From positions 619,739 to 683,738 of the forward strand of contig CP064977.1 of the NCBI GenBank assembly GCA_016699465.1: a DNA stretch of 64,000 nucleotides, written 5' to 3'. The notes under the pieces were generated by a model. That model saw only the letters and a program-made list of their open reading frames with translations, made no database searches and had not been told where the DNA came from. This DNA is from Candidatus Campbellbacteria bacterium (GTDB lineage: Bacteria > Patescibacteriota > Minisyncoccia > Phycocordibacterales > EsbW-18). The position numbers were made by a program, and so were the translations under genes. Each line of letters opens with the position of its first letter. The stretch's first letter is position 1. This document shows, piece by piece, positions 1 through 9,180 of this stretch.

Positions 1-131
1 GTCCCCTCGTCGATGTCGGTCACGTGACCGACGATGGAGGACGTTCCTGGGCCGTGTACACGGACCTGCCGCCCCTGACTGTGCGCCCGCTTCAAAACCT
101 CAAACTTCTCGCACATGTGATTCTCCCTCAT
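1..131 (-). CDS. hypothetical protein, N-terminal fragment running off window start
   Basis: Minus-strand ATG at 131 gives an open frame to position 1 (MREN..KFEVLKRAHSQGRQVRVHGPGTSSIV...). Local GC is high. No recognisable family. Confidence 0.2.
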   Translation of the reverse strand, partial: MRENHMCEKFEVLKRAHSQGRQVRVHGPGTSSIVGHVTDIDEG

Positions 132-762
132 AATCCACTCGCAGTATTGCGAGACAGGATTTCTGCATACCTTCAAATCCCTTTAAAGAACACCCATTTC
201 TGACTATACCCTATATATTAAAAAGAGCAAGTGTGCAGTAGGTTTTTCGCAAGCCTCGTATACAATGTCGCCAAAAAATGAGTTTGTTGAGTATTTGTAG
301 ATACAATCAAGGCGCCGCAGAGCGACGCCTTTGCTTTTGAGCCACGAAGGGCTCTCCTCTATTCAGTACTTCAGTTTTCAGTACTTCTTCTGGCTGATGG
401 GGCGGTCTGGTTACCTGCTTGCCGGTGTCAATTCGATGCTGTGGAAATGGTAGAAATTGAAGAAATTTCTACCAATCTTCACTCCGACCGACCCGTCGTT
501 GCAGCGGCAGATGATGCCGCACTTCTTCCGGTTACTTCTCCAGAAGATGCACCTGACCCGCCTACCAATTTCTGACTCCATCTGCCTTCTCCCTTTTAAG
601 ACCAGCGCGCCATTGCACCAGTCGATTTACCGTGGGAGGATACGTCTGAATGTCATTATATAATGTTCTAAGGAAACTGCAACTTTTTTGTTGAAAACCT
701 CTACAAAAAAAGATGTTGAACTTGGGTAGGGTTTGGTTAGGTCCGCTCGGTTAATGAAAGGT

Positions 763-790
763 TTGACATCTGCTCACTTTTTGCTATTAT
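763..790 (+). promoter_or_regulatory. sigma70-like promoter (TTGACA-16-TATTAT) ahead of rpsS
   Basis: ttgaca at 763-768 and tattat at 785-790 with a 16-nt spacer, about 35 nt upstream of the rpsS start. No rplB lies upstream. Confidence 0.55.
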
Positions 791-823
791 CTCCTGAGGC
801 CACGAGGCCGATTTTTATTCAAC

Positions 824-1171
824 ATGACACGATCGCTCAAAAAAGGACCCTACCTCAACGTTCGCCTTATGGAGAAGGTTGCGAAACGAAAGGCCACAGA
901 CGGCCCTATTAAGACGTGGGCACGTCCAAGTGTGATTTCACCTGAAATGGTTGGGTACACATTTGCTGTTCACAACGGTAAAAACTTCATTGATGTGTTC
1001 GTTACAGAAGAAATGGTGGGTCACCGCCTCGGTGAATTTTCACCTTCAAAGACCTTTAAGCGTCACGGAGGACAAATGCAGAAAGCACTCGACTCTGCAA
1101 AGAAGGAGGCAGAAATTGCAGCAGCTAAATCAGCAAAAACTGCAGCTGATGCTACGGTAGCTAAGAAATAA
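824..1171 (+). CDS. rpsS: 30S ribosomal protein S19 (K/A-rich C-terminal extension)
   Basis: Translation [12 protein letters not shown]...[23 protein letters not shown] is a typical S19 core; operon context. Confidence 0.93.
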   Translation: MTRSLKKGPYLNVRLMEKVAKRKATDGPIKTWARPSVISPEMVGYTFAVHNGKNFIDVFVTEEMVGHRLGEFSPSKTFKRHGGQMQKALDSAKKEAEIAAAKSAKTAADATVAKK

Positions 1172-1173
1172 GT

Positions 1174-1581
1174 ATGAAAGCGTACCTCAAAAACTACCGC
1201 CAATCACCACGAAAGGTTCGCCTCGTTGCGAGTCTTGTAAAAGGTAAGACGGTTGCGCGTGCGCTCGTCCTTTTGAATGCTACACAGAAACGAGCAACAG
1301 GCCCTCTTGCAAAGATGATTAATTCTGCGGCTGCAAATGCAAAGACACACGGTGTTGCAGATACAGGAGCACTGGTGATTAAAGAATTTCGTGTTGATAA
1401 GGGTTTGACGATGCACCGAGCGCTCCCACGAGCACAAGGTCGTTCATCAAAGATTGATAAGCACTCAAGTAACATCATCCTCACTCTCGCAGTAGCTCCA
1501 AGTGAGAAGCCTAAAGCACAAAGTTCAAAGCTCAAAACGAATAAAGTCACAAAACCTAAAACACCAAAAACCAAACAATAA
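1174..1581 (+). CDS. rplV: 50S ribosomal protein L22
   Basis: RKVRLVASLVKGKTVARALVLLN...IKEFRVDKG core; follows rpsS by 3 nt. Confidence 0.93.
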   Translation: MKAYLKNYRQSPRKVRLVASLVKGKTVARALVLLNATQKRATGPLAKMINSAAANAKTHGVADTGALVIKEFRVDKGLTMHRALPRAQGRSSKIDKHSSNIILTLAVAPSEKPKAQSSKLKTNKVTKPKTPKTKQ

Positions 1582-1626
1582 TTTTTTGAGCTTTATATTT
1601 TAAATTTTGAATTTCATTTATCATTT

Positions 1627-2286
1627 ATGACACATCGAGTACATCCATTTGCACACCGTCTTGGTATCTTGCGTGACTGGCAGTCACGATGGTTTGCTCG
1701 TGCAGGCGAGTATCAAGCATTTCTCCGAACCGATGTGTTGCTTCGTCGCAAAATCGCACAGCTTACTCGAATGATGTATGTGAGTGGTGTAGATATCGAA
1801 CGACGTAACTCACAGTTGCGTATCGTCATCAAAACATCCCGTCCTGGTCTTATTATTGGACGTTCTGGTGAGGGTATCGCAAAGCTTAAGAAAGAGTTGG
1901 ATGCGTTTGTGGTAAAGAATAAGCTTGCAAGCGCAGACACACTTAAGTTGGAAGTTGAAGAAATCAAATCTCCTGAATCACAGGCAGCAATTGTTGCGGC
2001 GATGGCGGTTGAGGGTATTGAAAAACGAACCCCATTCCGTCGTGTGTTGAAGCAGACTGTTGAAAAGGTTATGGCAAATCGCGATGTACAAGGAGTTCGT
2101 ATCCATCTTTCAGGGCGCCTTGGTGGTGCTGACATGGCACGACGTGAACAAATTAAGCGTGGGCGTATTCCCCTTCAGACATTCCGTGCGGATATTGATT
2201 ACGCGCATGATGAGGCACACATTCCACAGGGTCAGATTGGTATTCGTGTGTGGATTTACCGTGGGGATATCTTCGAGAAGAAATAA
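1627..2286 (+). CDS. rpsC: 30S ribosomal protein S3
   Basis: HPFAHRLGILRDWQSRWFA, KH-domain and C-terminal S3 motifs; conserved order. Confidence 0.93.
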   Translation: MTHRVHPFAHRLGILRDWQSRWFARAGEYQAFLRTDVLLRRKIAQLTRMMYVSGVDIERRNSQLRIVIKTSRPGLIIGRSGEGIAKLKKELDAFVVKNKLASADTLKLEVEEIKSPESQAAIVAAMAVEGIEKRTPFRRVLKQTVEKVMANRDVQGVRIHLSGRLGGADMARREQIKRGRIPLQTFRADIDYAHDEAHIPQGQIGIRVWIYRGDIFEKK

Positions 2287-2298
2287 ACCAATACCTAT

Positions 2299-2721
2299 AT
2301 GTTGTTTCCTAAGAAAGTAAAATACAGAAAGTGGCAGACAAAGCGCCAAAATCCAAAAAAGGCGATTACTGCAACACGTGGATCAACGCTTGCGTTTGGT
2401 TCGTTTGGTCTCAAGGCCATGTCACCATCACGTGTGACATCAAATCAGATTGAAGCATCCCGCCGTGTGATGCGACGCGCACTTGGTAAGAATGGAAACA
2501 TTTGGACTCGCGTATTTCCTGATCGTCCGTACACAGCAAAAGGTGCTGAGGTAGGTATGGGTAAAGGAAAAGGAGATCCAAAAGGATTCGTTGTTGAGGT
2601 ATTCCAAGGACGAGTATTGTTTGAAGTAGACGGTGTATCAGAGGCAATTGCACGAGAAGTATTGCGCAAAGGTGGTGCAAAAATGCCTGTGAAGACAAAG
2701 GTTGTTACACGAAGCCGTTAG
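2299..2721 (+). CDS. rplP: 50S ribosomal protein L16
   Basis: MLFPKKVKYRKWQ...GMGKGKGDPKGFVVEVFQGRVLFEV is the L16 signature. Confidence 0.93.
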   Translation: MLFPKKVKYRKWQTKRQNPKKAITATRGSTLAFGSFGLKAMSPSRVTSNQIEASRRVMRRALGKNGNIWTRVFPDRPYTAKGAEVGMGKGKGDPKGFVVEVFQGRVLFEVDGVSEAIAREVLRKGGAKMPVKTKVVTRSR

Positions 2722-2758
2722 TTGCAGAAATAGTGTGAAGACTGTAGTATACGCGAAC

Positions 2759-2950
2759 ATGACAAAAATACTCGATATACAAAAGAAAAGCGACCACGAA
2801 CTGATGGCTTTTGTAGCAGAAAAGAGGGAAGCGCTTCGACAAGATCGATTTGCCCTCTCAGGAAGTAAGGGTCGTGATGTAAAGAAGATGCGAGAGAGTA
2901 AAAAAGATGTTGCACGCGCTCTCACAGCACTCGCACAGAGAAACAAATAG
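2759..2950 (+). CDS. rpmC: 50S ribosomal protein L29
   Basis: Short basic protein MTKILDIQKKSDHELMAFVAEKREALRQDRF in the L16-L29-S17 order. Start chosen at the internal ATG 2759 of ORF 2702..2950. Confidence 0.8.
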   Translation: MTKILDIQKKSDHELMAFVAEKREALRQDRFALSGSKGRDVKKMRESKKDVARALTALAQRNK

Positions 2951-2951
2951 T

Positions 2952-3191
2952 ATGGAAACAAAAGATACAAAACAAAAAACACTTGTCGGCACTGTGGTGT
3001 CAGACAAAATGAAAGACACAATTGTGGTGCTTGTTGAGCGTTACGTCAAAGACGAGAAGTATCAGAAGTACGTTGTAAAGCACAAAAAATTTAAGGCACA
3101 CGATGCCGGTAATACAAAAAAGATTGGTGACAAGGTAACGATTGTTGCAACACGACCAATTTCAAAAGATAAGCACTTTCGAGTTGCATAA
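2952..3191 (+). CDS. rpsQ: 30S ribosomal protein S17
   Basis: KTLVGTVVSDKMKDTIVVLVERYVKDEKYQKYVVKHKKFKAHD is S17; start at ATG 2952 right after the rpmC stop. Confidence 0.9.
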   Translation: METKDTKQKTLVGTVVSDKMKDTIVVLVERYVKDEKYQKYVVKHKKFKAHDAGNTKKIGDKVTIVATRPISKDKHFRVA

Positions 3192-3200
3192 TACATTTAT

Positions 3201-3572
3201 ATGATTCAACCACGTTCAATTGTTGTGATAGCTGATAACTCCGGAGGAACTCTCGGACGTGTGTTCAAAGTGCTCGGTGGTTCAAAGCGTCGCTATGCCG
3301 AAATCGGCGACAAGGTAGTTATTTCAATTCAAGTTGCACAACCTCGTAAGACAACAAAGAAGAAAGACGTGGTACACGCGGTAGTTGTTCGTCAAACAAA
3401 GGCGTTTCGTCGTAAAGATGGTTCATACGTTCGTTTTGATGAAAACGCAGTAGTGCTTGTTGATAAGGTAAAACCAGAGCCAAAGGCAAACCGTATCTTT
3501 GGTCCAGTGCCACGCGAACTTGCTGATCACGGTTTTCAAAAGATTGTTTCAATGGCACCAGAAGTGGTATAG
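3201..3572 (+). CDS. rplN: 50S ribosomal protein L14
   Basis: MIQPRSIVVIADNSGG...RIFGPVPREL is L14. Confidence 0.93.
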   Translation: MIQPRSIVVIADNSGGTLGRVFKVLGGSKRRYAEIGDKVVISIQVAQPRKTTKKKDVVHAVVVRQTKAFRRKDGSYVRFDENAVVLVDKVKPEPKANRIFGPVPRELADHGFQKIVSMAPEVV

Positions 3573-3680
3573 ATATAAGAATAAGCACAAAGTACAAAGC
3601 ACAAAATCCAAAAAATTAAAAAATACCAAATCAAAAATTTTGAGCTTTGAAATTTGAACTTTGGATTTATCATCATCATT
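3573..3680. repeat. family-A intergenic palindromic repeat, copy 1 (gcacaaagcacaaaatccaaaaa...tttgaactttggattt)
   Basis: Near-identical to 3903..3990; related copies at 5051..5139, 5530..5632, 30985..31060 (inverted) and 45655..45776 inside the 16S gene. Fills the rplN-rplX spacer. Confidence 0.8.
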
Positions 3681-3902
3681 ATGCACGTTAAAAAAGGAGA
3701 CAAAATCACCGTACTAACCGGAAAAGACAAAGGAGCCTCAGGCACGATTCTTAAGGCGTTGCCAAAGAAGGATATGGTTATTGTTGAGGGTGTAAACAAA
3801 GCAAAACGACACCAGAAAGCACGAAAAGGTAACCAGAAAGGTCAAATTCTTGAGAAGTCTATGCCAATTCACGTGTCGAACGTAAAGAAGGTAAAAGCAT
3901 AA
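3681..3902 (+). CDS. rplX: 50S ribosomal protein L24
   Basis: [39 protein letters not shown] (KOW motif) is L24; start at ATG 3681. Confidence 0.9.
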   Translation: MHVKKGDKITVLTGKDKGASGTILKALPKKDMVIVEGVNKAKRHQKARKGNQKGQILEKSMPIHVSNVKKVKA

Positions 3903-3990
3903 AGCTCAAAGCACAAAATCCAAAAAAATTAAAAAATACCAAATCAAAAATTTTGAGCTTTGAAATTTGAACTTTGGATTTATACATATC
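3903..3990. repeat. family-A intergenic palindromic repeat, copy 2
   Basis: About 85% identical to 3573..3680; fills the rplX-rplE spacer and ends at the rplE start. Confidence 0.8.
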
Positions 3991-4554
3991 ATGATTACGG
4001 TAAAAGAAAAACAGAATAAGGCATTTGAAGCCCTCAAGGAAACACTCGGTGTTAAAAACCGCATGGCTATTCCACGTGTTACGAAGGTTATTGTGTCTGT
4101 TGGTACAGGTTCAGCAAAGGATAAGAACAAGATTGAGGTTATCCAGGATCGTTTGATGAAAATTACTGGGCAGAAACCAGCTGGACGTGTTGCAAAGAAA
4201 TCAATTGCATCATTTAAACTTCGAGAAGGACAGGTGATTGGCTATCAGATTACACTTCGTGGTGATCGTATGTACGATTTTCTTGATCGACTCATCAACA
4301 TTGCTTTTCCTCGTACGCGTGACTTCCGTGGTATTGAACGAGACTCCATTGATCCTATGGGAAACATAACTATTGGTATCAAAGAACACAGTATTTTTCC
4401 TGAAACAGCCGACGAAGAAATTCGAGATGTGTTCGGCCTTGCTGTAAGTATCGTAACAACAGCAAAGAATAAGGAAACAGCGGAGAAATTCCTTGAATAC
4501 ATCGGCATTCCATTTAAGAAAGCAGGGGAAGTAAAAACAAAGAAGAAAAAATAA
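3991..4554 (+). CDS. rplE: 50S ribosomal protein L5
   Basis: NRMAIPRVTKVIVSVGTGSA...ITLRGDRMYDFLDRLINIAFPRTRDFRG is L5. Confidence 0.93.
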   Translation: MITVKEKQNKAFEALKETLGVKNRMAIPRVTKVIVSVGTGSAKDKNKIEVIQDRLMKITGQKPAGRVAKKSIASFKLREGQVIGYQITLRGDRMYDFLDRLINIAFPRTRDFRGIERDSIDPMGNITIGIKEHSIFPETADEEIRDVFGLAVSIVTTAKNKETAEKFLEYIGIPFKKAGEVKTKKKK

Positions 4555-4562
4555 GAGACAGA

Positions 4563-4600
4563 AAAGCCCCGCCCGGCAAAGAGGGTGGGGTTTTTCCTTT
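4563..4600 (+). terminator. intrinsic-terminator-like hairpin between rplE and rpsN
   Basis: ccccgccc-ggcaaagag-gggtgggg stem-loop (one G-U) followed by ttttt ccttttct. Confidence 0.55.
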
Positions 4601-4603
4601 TCT

Positions 4604-4632
4604 ATTGCACAAAAAGCCGGGTTCTGGTAGTA
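4604..4632 (+). promoter_or_regulatory. candidate promoter TTGCAC-17-TAGTAT for rpsN, followed by ~150-nt leader
   Basis: ttgcac aaaaagccgggttctgg tagtat immediately after the terminator hairpin; the leader 4633-4780 has several palindromic segments. Confidence 0.4.
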
Positions 4633-4780
4633 TACGTGGGCTTAACTTTGAGTTGAGCTTGTCCTCTTAGAGCCAATAGGCACCGGAGGAGACCATCGCC
4701 TCGTTATCTGTCAGCCGGTCAATTCGCAAGAATTGGTCCATGGACACATCGAGAGGCAGCATTTTTTTTGGAAAAAATAT

Positions 4781-5050
4781 ATGGCACGAAAAGCAATTAT
4801 TGCACGAGACAAAAAAAGAGTAGCGATGCGAGTGAAGTCAGCTCCCAAGCGAGCAGCGCTCAAGGAAGCCCACGATTACGAGGGTCTTCAGGTATTGCGC
4901 AAAAATGCATCACCGGTTCGCACAAAGAATCGTTGTTTTAAATGCGGTCGCCCACGAGGATATATGCGCGAATTCGGCCTCTGCCGTATTTGTTTCCGTG
5001 AACTCGCAAACAAGGGAATGATTCCAGGTGTTAAGAAGGCAAGTTGGTAA
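4781..5050 (+). CDS. rpsN: 30S ribosomal protein S14 (long Zn-ribbon C+ form)
   Basis: [13 protein letters not shown]...[29 protein letters not shown] has four Cys; start at ATG 4781 inside ORF 4733..5050. Confidence 0.9.
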   Translation: MARKAIIARDKKRVAMRVKSAPKRAALKEAHDYEGLQVLRKNASPVRTKNRCFKCGRPRGYMREFGLCRICFRELANKGMIPGVKKASW

Positions 5051-5139
5051 TAGAGTAAGCACAAAGCTCAAAGCACAAAATCCAAAAATATTAATCTAAC
5101 TTTTTTGAACTTTGAATTTTGAACTTTGAATTTGAAATT
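5051..5139. repeat. family-A intergenic repeat, copy 3
   Basis: aagcacaaagctcaaagcacaaaatccaaaaa...tttgaactttgaattttgaactttgaatttgaaatt in the rpsN-rpsH spacer. Confidence 0.75.
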
Positions 5140-5529
5140 ATGATAACCGATCCTCTCGCAAACTTCATAACAGCACTTCAAAACGCAGCAAAAGCTGGTG
5201 TTGAAACCGTTGTGGTACCTCATTCACGCCTCAAGGATTCCGTTGCAACTATTTTGAAAAAGGAAGGATATCTTTCAAGTGTTGAACGTAAGGGTAAAAA
5301 GACAAGTAAGATTGAGGTAACGCTTGCATATGACAATGGTGAAGCACACGTTCATGGTGTAAAGCGCATTTCAAAACCATCTCGTCGTATGTATCTTGGA
5401 GTTTCTGAGATTTACGGAGTGAAGAATGGATACGGACATCTCGTTCTCTCAACGCCAGAAGGTATTATGACTGGTCAGCAAGCAAAGAAAGCAAAGGTTG
5501 GAGGAGAAGTCCTTTTTGAGATTTGGTAA
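5140..5529 (+). CDS. rpsH: 30S ribosomal protein S8
   Basis: MITDPLANFITALQNA...GHLVLSTPEGIMTGQQAKK..GGEVLFEIW is S8. Confidence 0.93.
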   Translation: MITDPLANFITALQNAAKAGVETVVVPHSRLKDSVATILKKEGYLSSVERKGKKTSKIEVTLAYDNGEAHVHGVKRISKPSRRMYLGVSEIYGVKNGYGHLVLSTPEGIMTGQQAKKAKVGGEVLFEIW

Positions 5530-5632
5530 AAGATAATAAAAGCATAAAACACAAAGCACAAAATCCAAAAATAAAATCTAAATCTAATTTTTTGAACTTT
5601 GAATTTTAGATTTTGAACTTACACCATCATTT
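5530..5632. repeat. family-A intergenic repeat, copy 4
   Basis: cacaaagcacaaaatccaaaaataaaatctaaatctaattttttgaactttgaattttagattttgaactt in the rpsH-rplF spacer. Confidence 0.75.
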
Positions 5633-6166
5633 ATGTCCCGCATCGGAAAACAACACATCACACTACCACCGAAGACAGAACTCACTGTTGTGAATGGCGA
5701 CGTGGTTGTAAAAGGTCCTCTCGGTGAACTTCGCCGATCATTTAAGACTGATATTTCTATTTCAGTTGTTGATGGTGTTGTGACACTCGTGCCAAAAGAA
5801 AATCCAGAAGAGCACTCAGCATTGTGGGGAACATACGCATCACACATCAAGAACATGGTTGCAGGTGTTAACAAACCATACGAAAAGAAACTCATTCTCG
5901 ATGGGGTTGGATATCGTTCTGAAGTAAAAGGAAAGGAGCTTGTTATGCAACTCGGTTTTTCTCACCCGGTTGTGCTCCAGATTCCTGATGGCATTACGCT
6001 TTCAGTTGAGAAGAACACCATGACAATGTCTGCAATTGATAAAGAAGTTCTTGGACAGTTTGCCGCAACTGTGCGTGCACAGAAGCCACCAGAGCCATAC
6101 AAAGGAAAGGGGTTCCGATACTCAGATGAAGTGATTCGTCGCAAGGAAGGAAAGAGGGCGGCGTAG
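5633..6166 (+). CDS. rplF: 50S ribosomal protein L6
   Basis: MSRIGKQHITLPPKTELTV..GDVVVKGPLGEL...VGYRSEVKGKELVMQLGFSHPV is L6. Confidence 0.93.
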   Translation: MSRIGKQHITLPPKTELTVVNGDVVVKGPLGELRRSFKTDISISVVDGVVTLVPKENPEEHSALWGTYASHIKNMVAGVNKPYEKKLILDGVGYRSEVKGKELVMQLGFSHPVVLQIPDGITLSVEKNTMTMSAIDKEVLGQFAATVRAQKPPEPYKGKGFRYSDEVIRRKEGKRAA

Positions 6167-6206
6167 GGTAGAGATTAGAGACTAGATACTGAAGATTAGA
6201 AAAAAT

Positions 6207-6554
6207 ATGAAAGTAACATCAAAAAAAGAAAAACGAGTTCGCCGACAAGGACGCATCCGCGCGAAGATTTCTGGTACGGAAACGCGACCACGTTTGGCTG
6301 TGTTTAAATCAAACCGATTTACCACACTTCAAGTTATTGATGATACGAAAGGGATGACGCTTGTTGCAGGTACAACGAAGGGTATGAAGAAGGGAACTGC
6401 AAAAGAAAAAGCAGCTGAACTCGGAGAGACTGTTGCAAAGGCCGCTCTCGCAAAAAAGATTACGACAGTTGTCTTTGATCGAGGGGGATTTGCATACACA
6501 GGTGTTATTCAAGAGGTTGCGGACGGTGCGCGTAAGGGGGGGCTAACATTCTAA
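6207..6554 (+). CDS. rplR: 50S ribosomal protein L18
   Basis: RQGRIRAKISGTETRPRLAVFKSNRFTTLQVIDD...GFAYTGVIQEVADGARKGGL is L18. Confidence 0.92.
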   Translation: MKVTSKKEKRVRRQGRIRAKISGTETRPRLAVFKSNRFTTLQVIDDTKGMTLVAGTTKGMKKGTAKEKAAELGETVAKAALAKKITTVVFDRGGFAYTGVIQEVADGARKGGLTF

Positions 6555-6650
6555 GAAGAAGTACGGAACAATATCAAATTTCAAATAGCAAATAACCAAA
6601 CTAAAACTAACCACTAACGTCTCACTTCCAATTTCCAACATTTATTATTT

Positions 6651-7328
6651 ATGACCGACGACATTCGCACAACAGAAAATGAGGTTGATATTACAGATGC
6701 TGAAACTGTGGAAGAAATTGCTACAGCAGAAGCTATTGTTGCTCCACGTAGTACTGGCCCTGTAAGTGCGTCACGCGAAGATCGACGCATGCAGAAAAAC
6801 TCTCGCCGTTCACCACGTACTCGTGCGCCACGTATTAAACCTGAATTTGATCAACGTATTATTGATATCCGTCGTGTGACTCGTGTGGTTGCTGGAGGAC
6901 GTCGCTTCAGTTTCAGTGTATGTGTTGTTGCAGGTAACCGCCGTGGTTCGGTTGGTGTAGGTACAGGAAAAGCGGGCGATACAGCAGTTGCTGTAGAAAA
7001 GGCATACCGAAGCGCTCTCAAAAACAAAATCATCATTTCACAAACAGAAGATGGTTCAATTCCACACGAAGTACAAGTGAAGTACTCAAGTGGTATTGTG
7101 AAGCTCTATCCTGCTCCAGGACGCGGTATTATTGCTGGAGGTGCAGTACGTGACGTGCTCGAACTCGCAGGGGTACGCGGTGTTGGTGCAAAAATTCTTT
7201 CACGCAGTAAGAACAAGCTCAATAACGCGGCGGCAACAATCAAGGCGCTCTCGCAACTCACAAAGAACATTAAGACGCACAATATACAAAAGCACGAAAC
7301 ACGAAGCACGAAACACGAAGCAAATTAA
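6651..7328 (+). CDS. rpsE: 30S ribosomal protein S5 (N- and C-terminal extensions)
   Basis: VTRVVAGGRRFSFSVCVVAGNRRGSVGVGTGKAGD...GRGIIAGGAVRDVLELAGV is S5; no L30 gene follows. Confidence 0.92.
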   Translation: MTDDIRTTENEVDITDAETVEEIATAEAIVAPRSTGPVSASREDRRMQKNSRRSPRTRAPRIKPEFDQRIIDIRRVTRVVAGGRRFSFSVCVVAGNRRGSVGVGTGKAGDTAVAVEKAYRSALKNKIIISQTEDGSIPHEVQVKYSSGIVKLYPAPGRGIIAGGAVRDVLELAGVRGVGAKILSRSKNKLNNAAATIKALSQLTKNIKTHNIQKHETRSTKHEAN

Positions 7329-7373
7329 ATATTCTTTCGGATTTCGATATTCGAATTTCGGATTTACACAAAT

Positions 7374-7823
7374 ATGCAACTCAATAACCTAAAAAGAAAA
7401 ACAGCACTAAAGAAAGGAAAGCGTGTTGGCCGTGGTGGCAAACGTGGTAAGACTTCTGGACGTGGAACGAAAGGACAAAAGGCACGTGCAGGACACCGCA
7501 TTCGTCCAGAATTTCGCGACATGATCAAGAAACTTCCAAAGCGTCGCGGATACGGAAAACACCGCGCTGACAGTATTAACGATAGTCGTGTGAAGCCGTT
7601 TCCTATCAATCTTTCTGTTCTCGAGGCGGTATTTAACGCAGGTGATGCAGTTACCCCACAAACGCTCGTTGCAAAGAAAATACTTCGCGCACGCGAAGGC
7701 AACAATCCAATTGTGAAGATTCTCGGTACAGGAGCACTCACGAAGAAACTTTTAGTTTCAGGTGTGACCGTTTCAGCTAGCGCAAAAGAAAGTATCGAAA
7801 AAGCAGGTGGTTCGATTGCGTAA
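7374..7823 (+). CDS. rplO: 50S ribosomal protein L15
   Basis: GKRVGRGGKRGKTSGRGTKGQKARAGH...VKILGTGALTKKL is L15. Confidence 0.92.
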   Translation: MQLNNLKRKTALKKGKRVGRGGKRGKTSGRGTKGQKARAGHRIRPEFRDMIKKLPKRRGYGKHRADSINDSRVKPFPINLSVLEAVFNAGDAVTPQTLVAKKILRAREGNNPIVKILGTGALTKKLLVSGVTVSASAKESIEKAGGSIA

Positions 7824-7829
7824 CACACA

Positions 7830-9110
7830 GTGTTCTCTATGAAAAACTTTGTACAAAAATTTTCCATCATTCTGGGAGATCGCCAATTGCGAACCCGAAT
7901 TCTTTTTGTTATCGGCGGACTTGCACTCACGCGTGTGTTTGCAGCGATTCCGATTCCAGGCGTTGATATCAATGCGCTTTCTCAGTTTTTTGCAAACAAT
8001 CAGTTTTTTGGACTTCTCAACCTTTTTTCAGGAGGAGGTCTTTCAGGTTTGTCTATTGTGATGTTGGGTGTTGGTCCGTACATCACGGGTTCTATCATCA
8101 TGCAGTTGCTCACCATTCTCTCTCCACAACTCAAGGCAATGTTTCATGAAGAAGGGGAGGCAGGGCGCCGTCGTATTGCACAGTACTCTCGCTTGCTCAC
8201 TATTCCACTCGCGGCACTCTCGTCGTTTGGATTTATTACACTGTTACAGAAAAATGGTGTTATTGGTGACCTTTCAACACTTTCACTTATCACAAACATC
8301 GTTGTGATTATTGCAGGATCGGTACTTCTCATGTGGATTGGAGAGCTCATTTCTGAATTTGGTATCGGCAATGGTATGTCGCTCATCATCTTTGCGGGTA
8401 TTGTGTCACGCATTCCTGGTGCCCTACAAAATTTTGCATTTACATTTACCCCAGAACAGTTGCCAATGTACCTCGCATTCTTCATTGTCGCACTTGTGAT
8501 TATTATGGGTGTTGTGATTGTGACCGAAGCAGAACGACCAATTCCTATTACCTACGCAAAACAAATTCGCGGCAATAAAGTGTACGGAGGTGTATCAACA
8601 TACTTGCCGCTTCGTGTGAATCAAGCAGGTGTGATGCCTATCATTTTTGCACTCTCTATTTTGTTGTTCCCGGGCATGATTGCAAACTTTCTTGCGAGCG
8701 TAACAAATCCTATTGTGCAAAAAATAGTTGCAGGTGTGCAGTGGTTTTTGAATAACGGATGGACATACGGTATTGCGTACTTCTTCCTTGTATTTTTGTT
8801 CACATACTTCTACACGGCGGTAACGTTTGACCCAGATGCAATTTCAAAGAACCTGCAACGAGGTGGTGCGTTTATTCCAGGTGTACGTCCAGGTCAATCA
8901 ACGTCTGAGTACATCGCAAACATTCTCACACGATTAACACTTCTCGGCGCGCTCTTCTTAGGCGTGATTGCTATTCTTCCACTCATCATGAAAGGGTTGA
9001 CGGGTATTACCTCAATTGCCGTTGGTGGTACAGGACTTCTCATCGCCGTGTCAGTTATTATCGATTTGGTGAAGAAAATTGACGCGCAGGTTTCACTCCG
9101 CGAATACTAA
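7830..9110 (+). CDS. secY: preprotein translocase subunit SecY
   Basis: 426 aa, 10 predicted TM helices, GGLALTRVFAAIPIPGV...GVMPIIFALSILLFPG; the L15-SecY-Adk-Map order is conserved. Confidence 0.93.
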   Translation: MFSMKNFVQKFSIILGDRQLRTRILFVIGGLALTRVFAAIPIPGVDINALSQFFANNQFFGLLNLFSGGGLSGLSIVMLGVGPYITGSIIMQLLTILSPQLKAMFHEEGEAGRRRIAQYSRLLTIPLAALSSFGFITLLQKNGVIGDLSTLSLITNIVVIIAGSVLLMWIGELISEFGIGNGMSLIIFAGIVSRIPGALQNFAFTFTPEQLPMYLAFFIVALVIIMGVVIVTEAERPIPITYAKQIRGNKVYGGVSTYLPLRVNQAGVMPIIFALSILLFPGMIANFLASVTNPIVQKIVAGVQWFLNNGWTYGIAYFFLVFLFTYFYTAVTFDPDAISKNLQRGGAFIPGVRPGQSTSEYIANILTRLTLLGALFLGVIAILPLIMKGLTGITSIAVGGTGLLIAVSVIIDLVKKIDAQVSLREY

Positions 9111-9153
9111 AACTAGCTGATAGCTTCGTTAGCTTGTTAGCTTTGAAAACAAG

Positions 9154-9180
9154 AAAACCGCCTACTGGCGGTTTTCTTTG
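9154..9180 (+). terminator. rho-independent terminator after secY
   Basis: accgcc-tact-ggcggt hairpin followed by tttctttg. Confidence 0.7.

Noticed and set aside
457-663. 68-aa ORF near window start
   Set aside because: No RBS, odd composition (Pro/Leu/Gln-rich), not supported by context.
7364-7972. 202-aa antisense ORF overlapping rplO/secY, and similar long antisense ORFs at 10598..11143 (over map), 1194..1574 (over rplV), 27219..27872 (over the ABC gene), 36504..37136
   Set aside because: They lie opposite well-supported conserved genes, have no RBS, and have low-complexity or Cys/Arg-rich composition. They are shadow ORFs.
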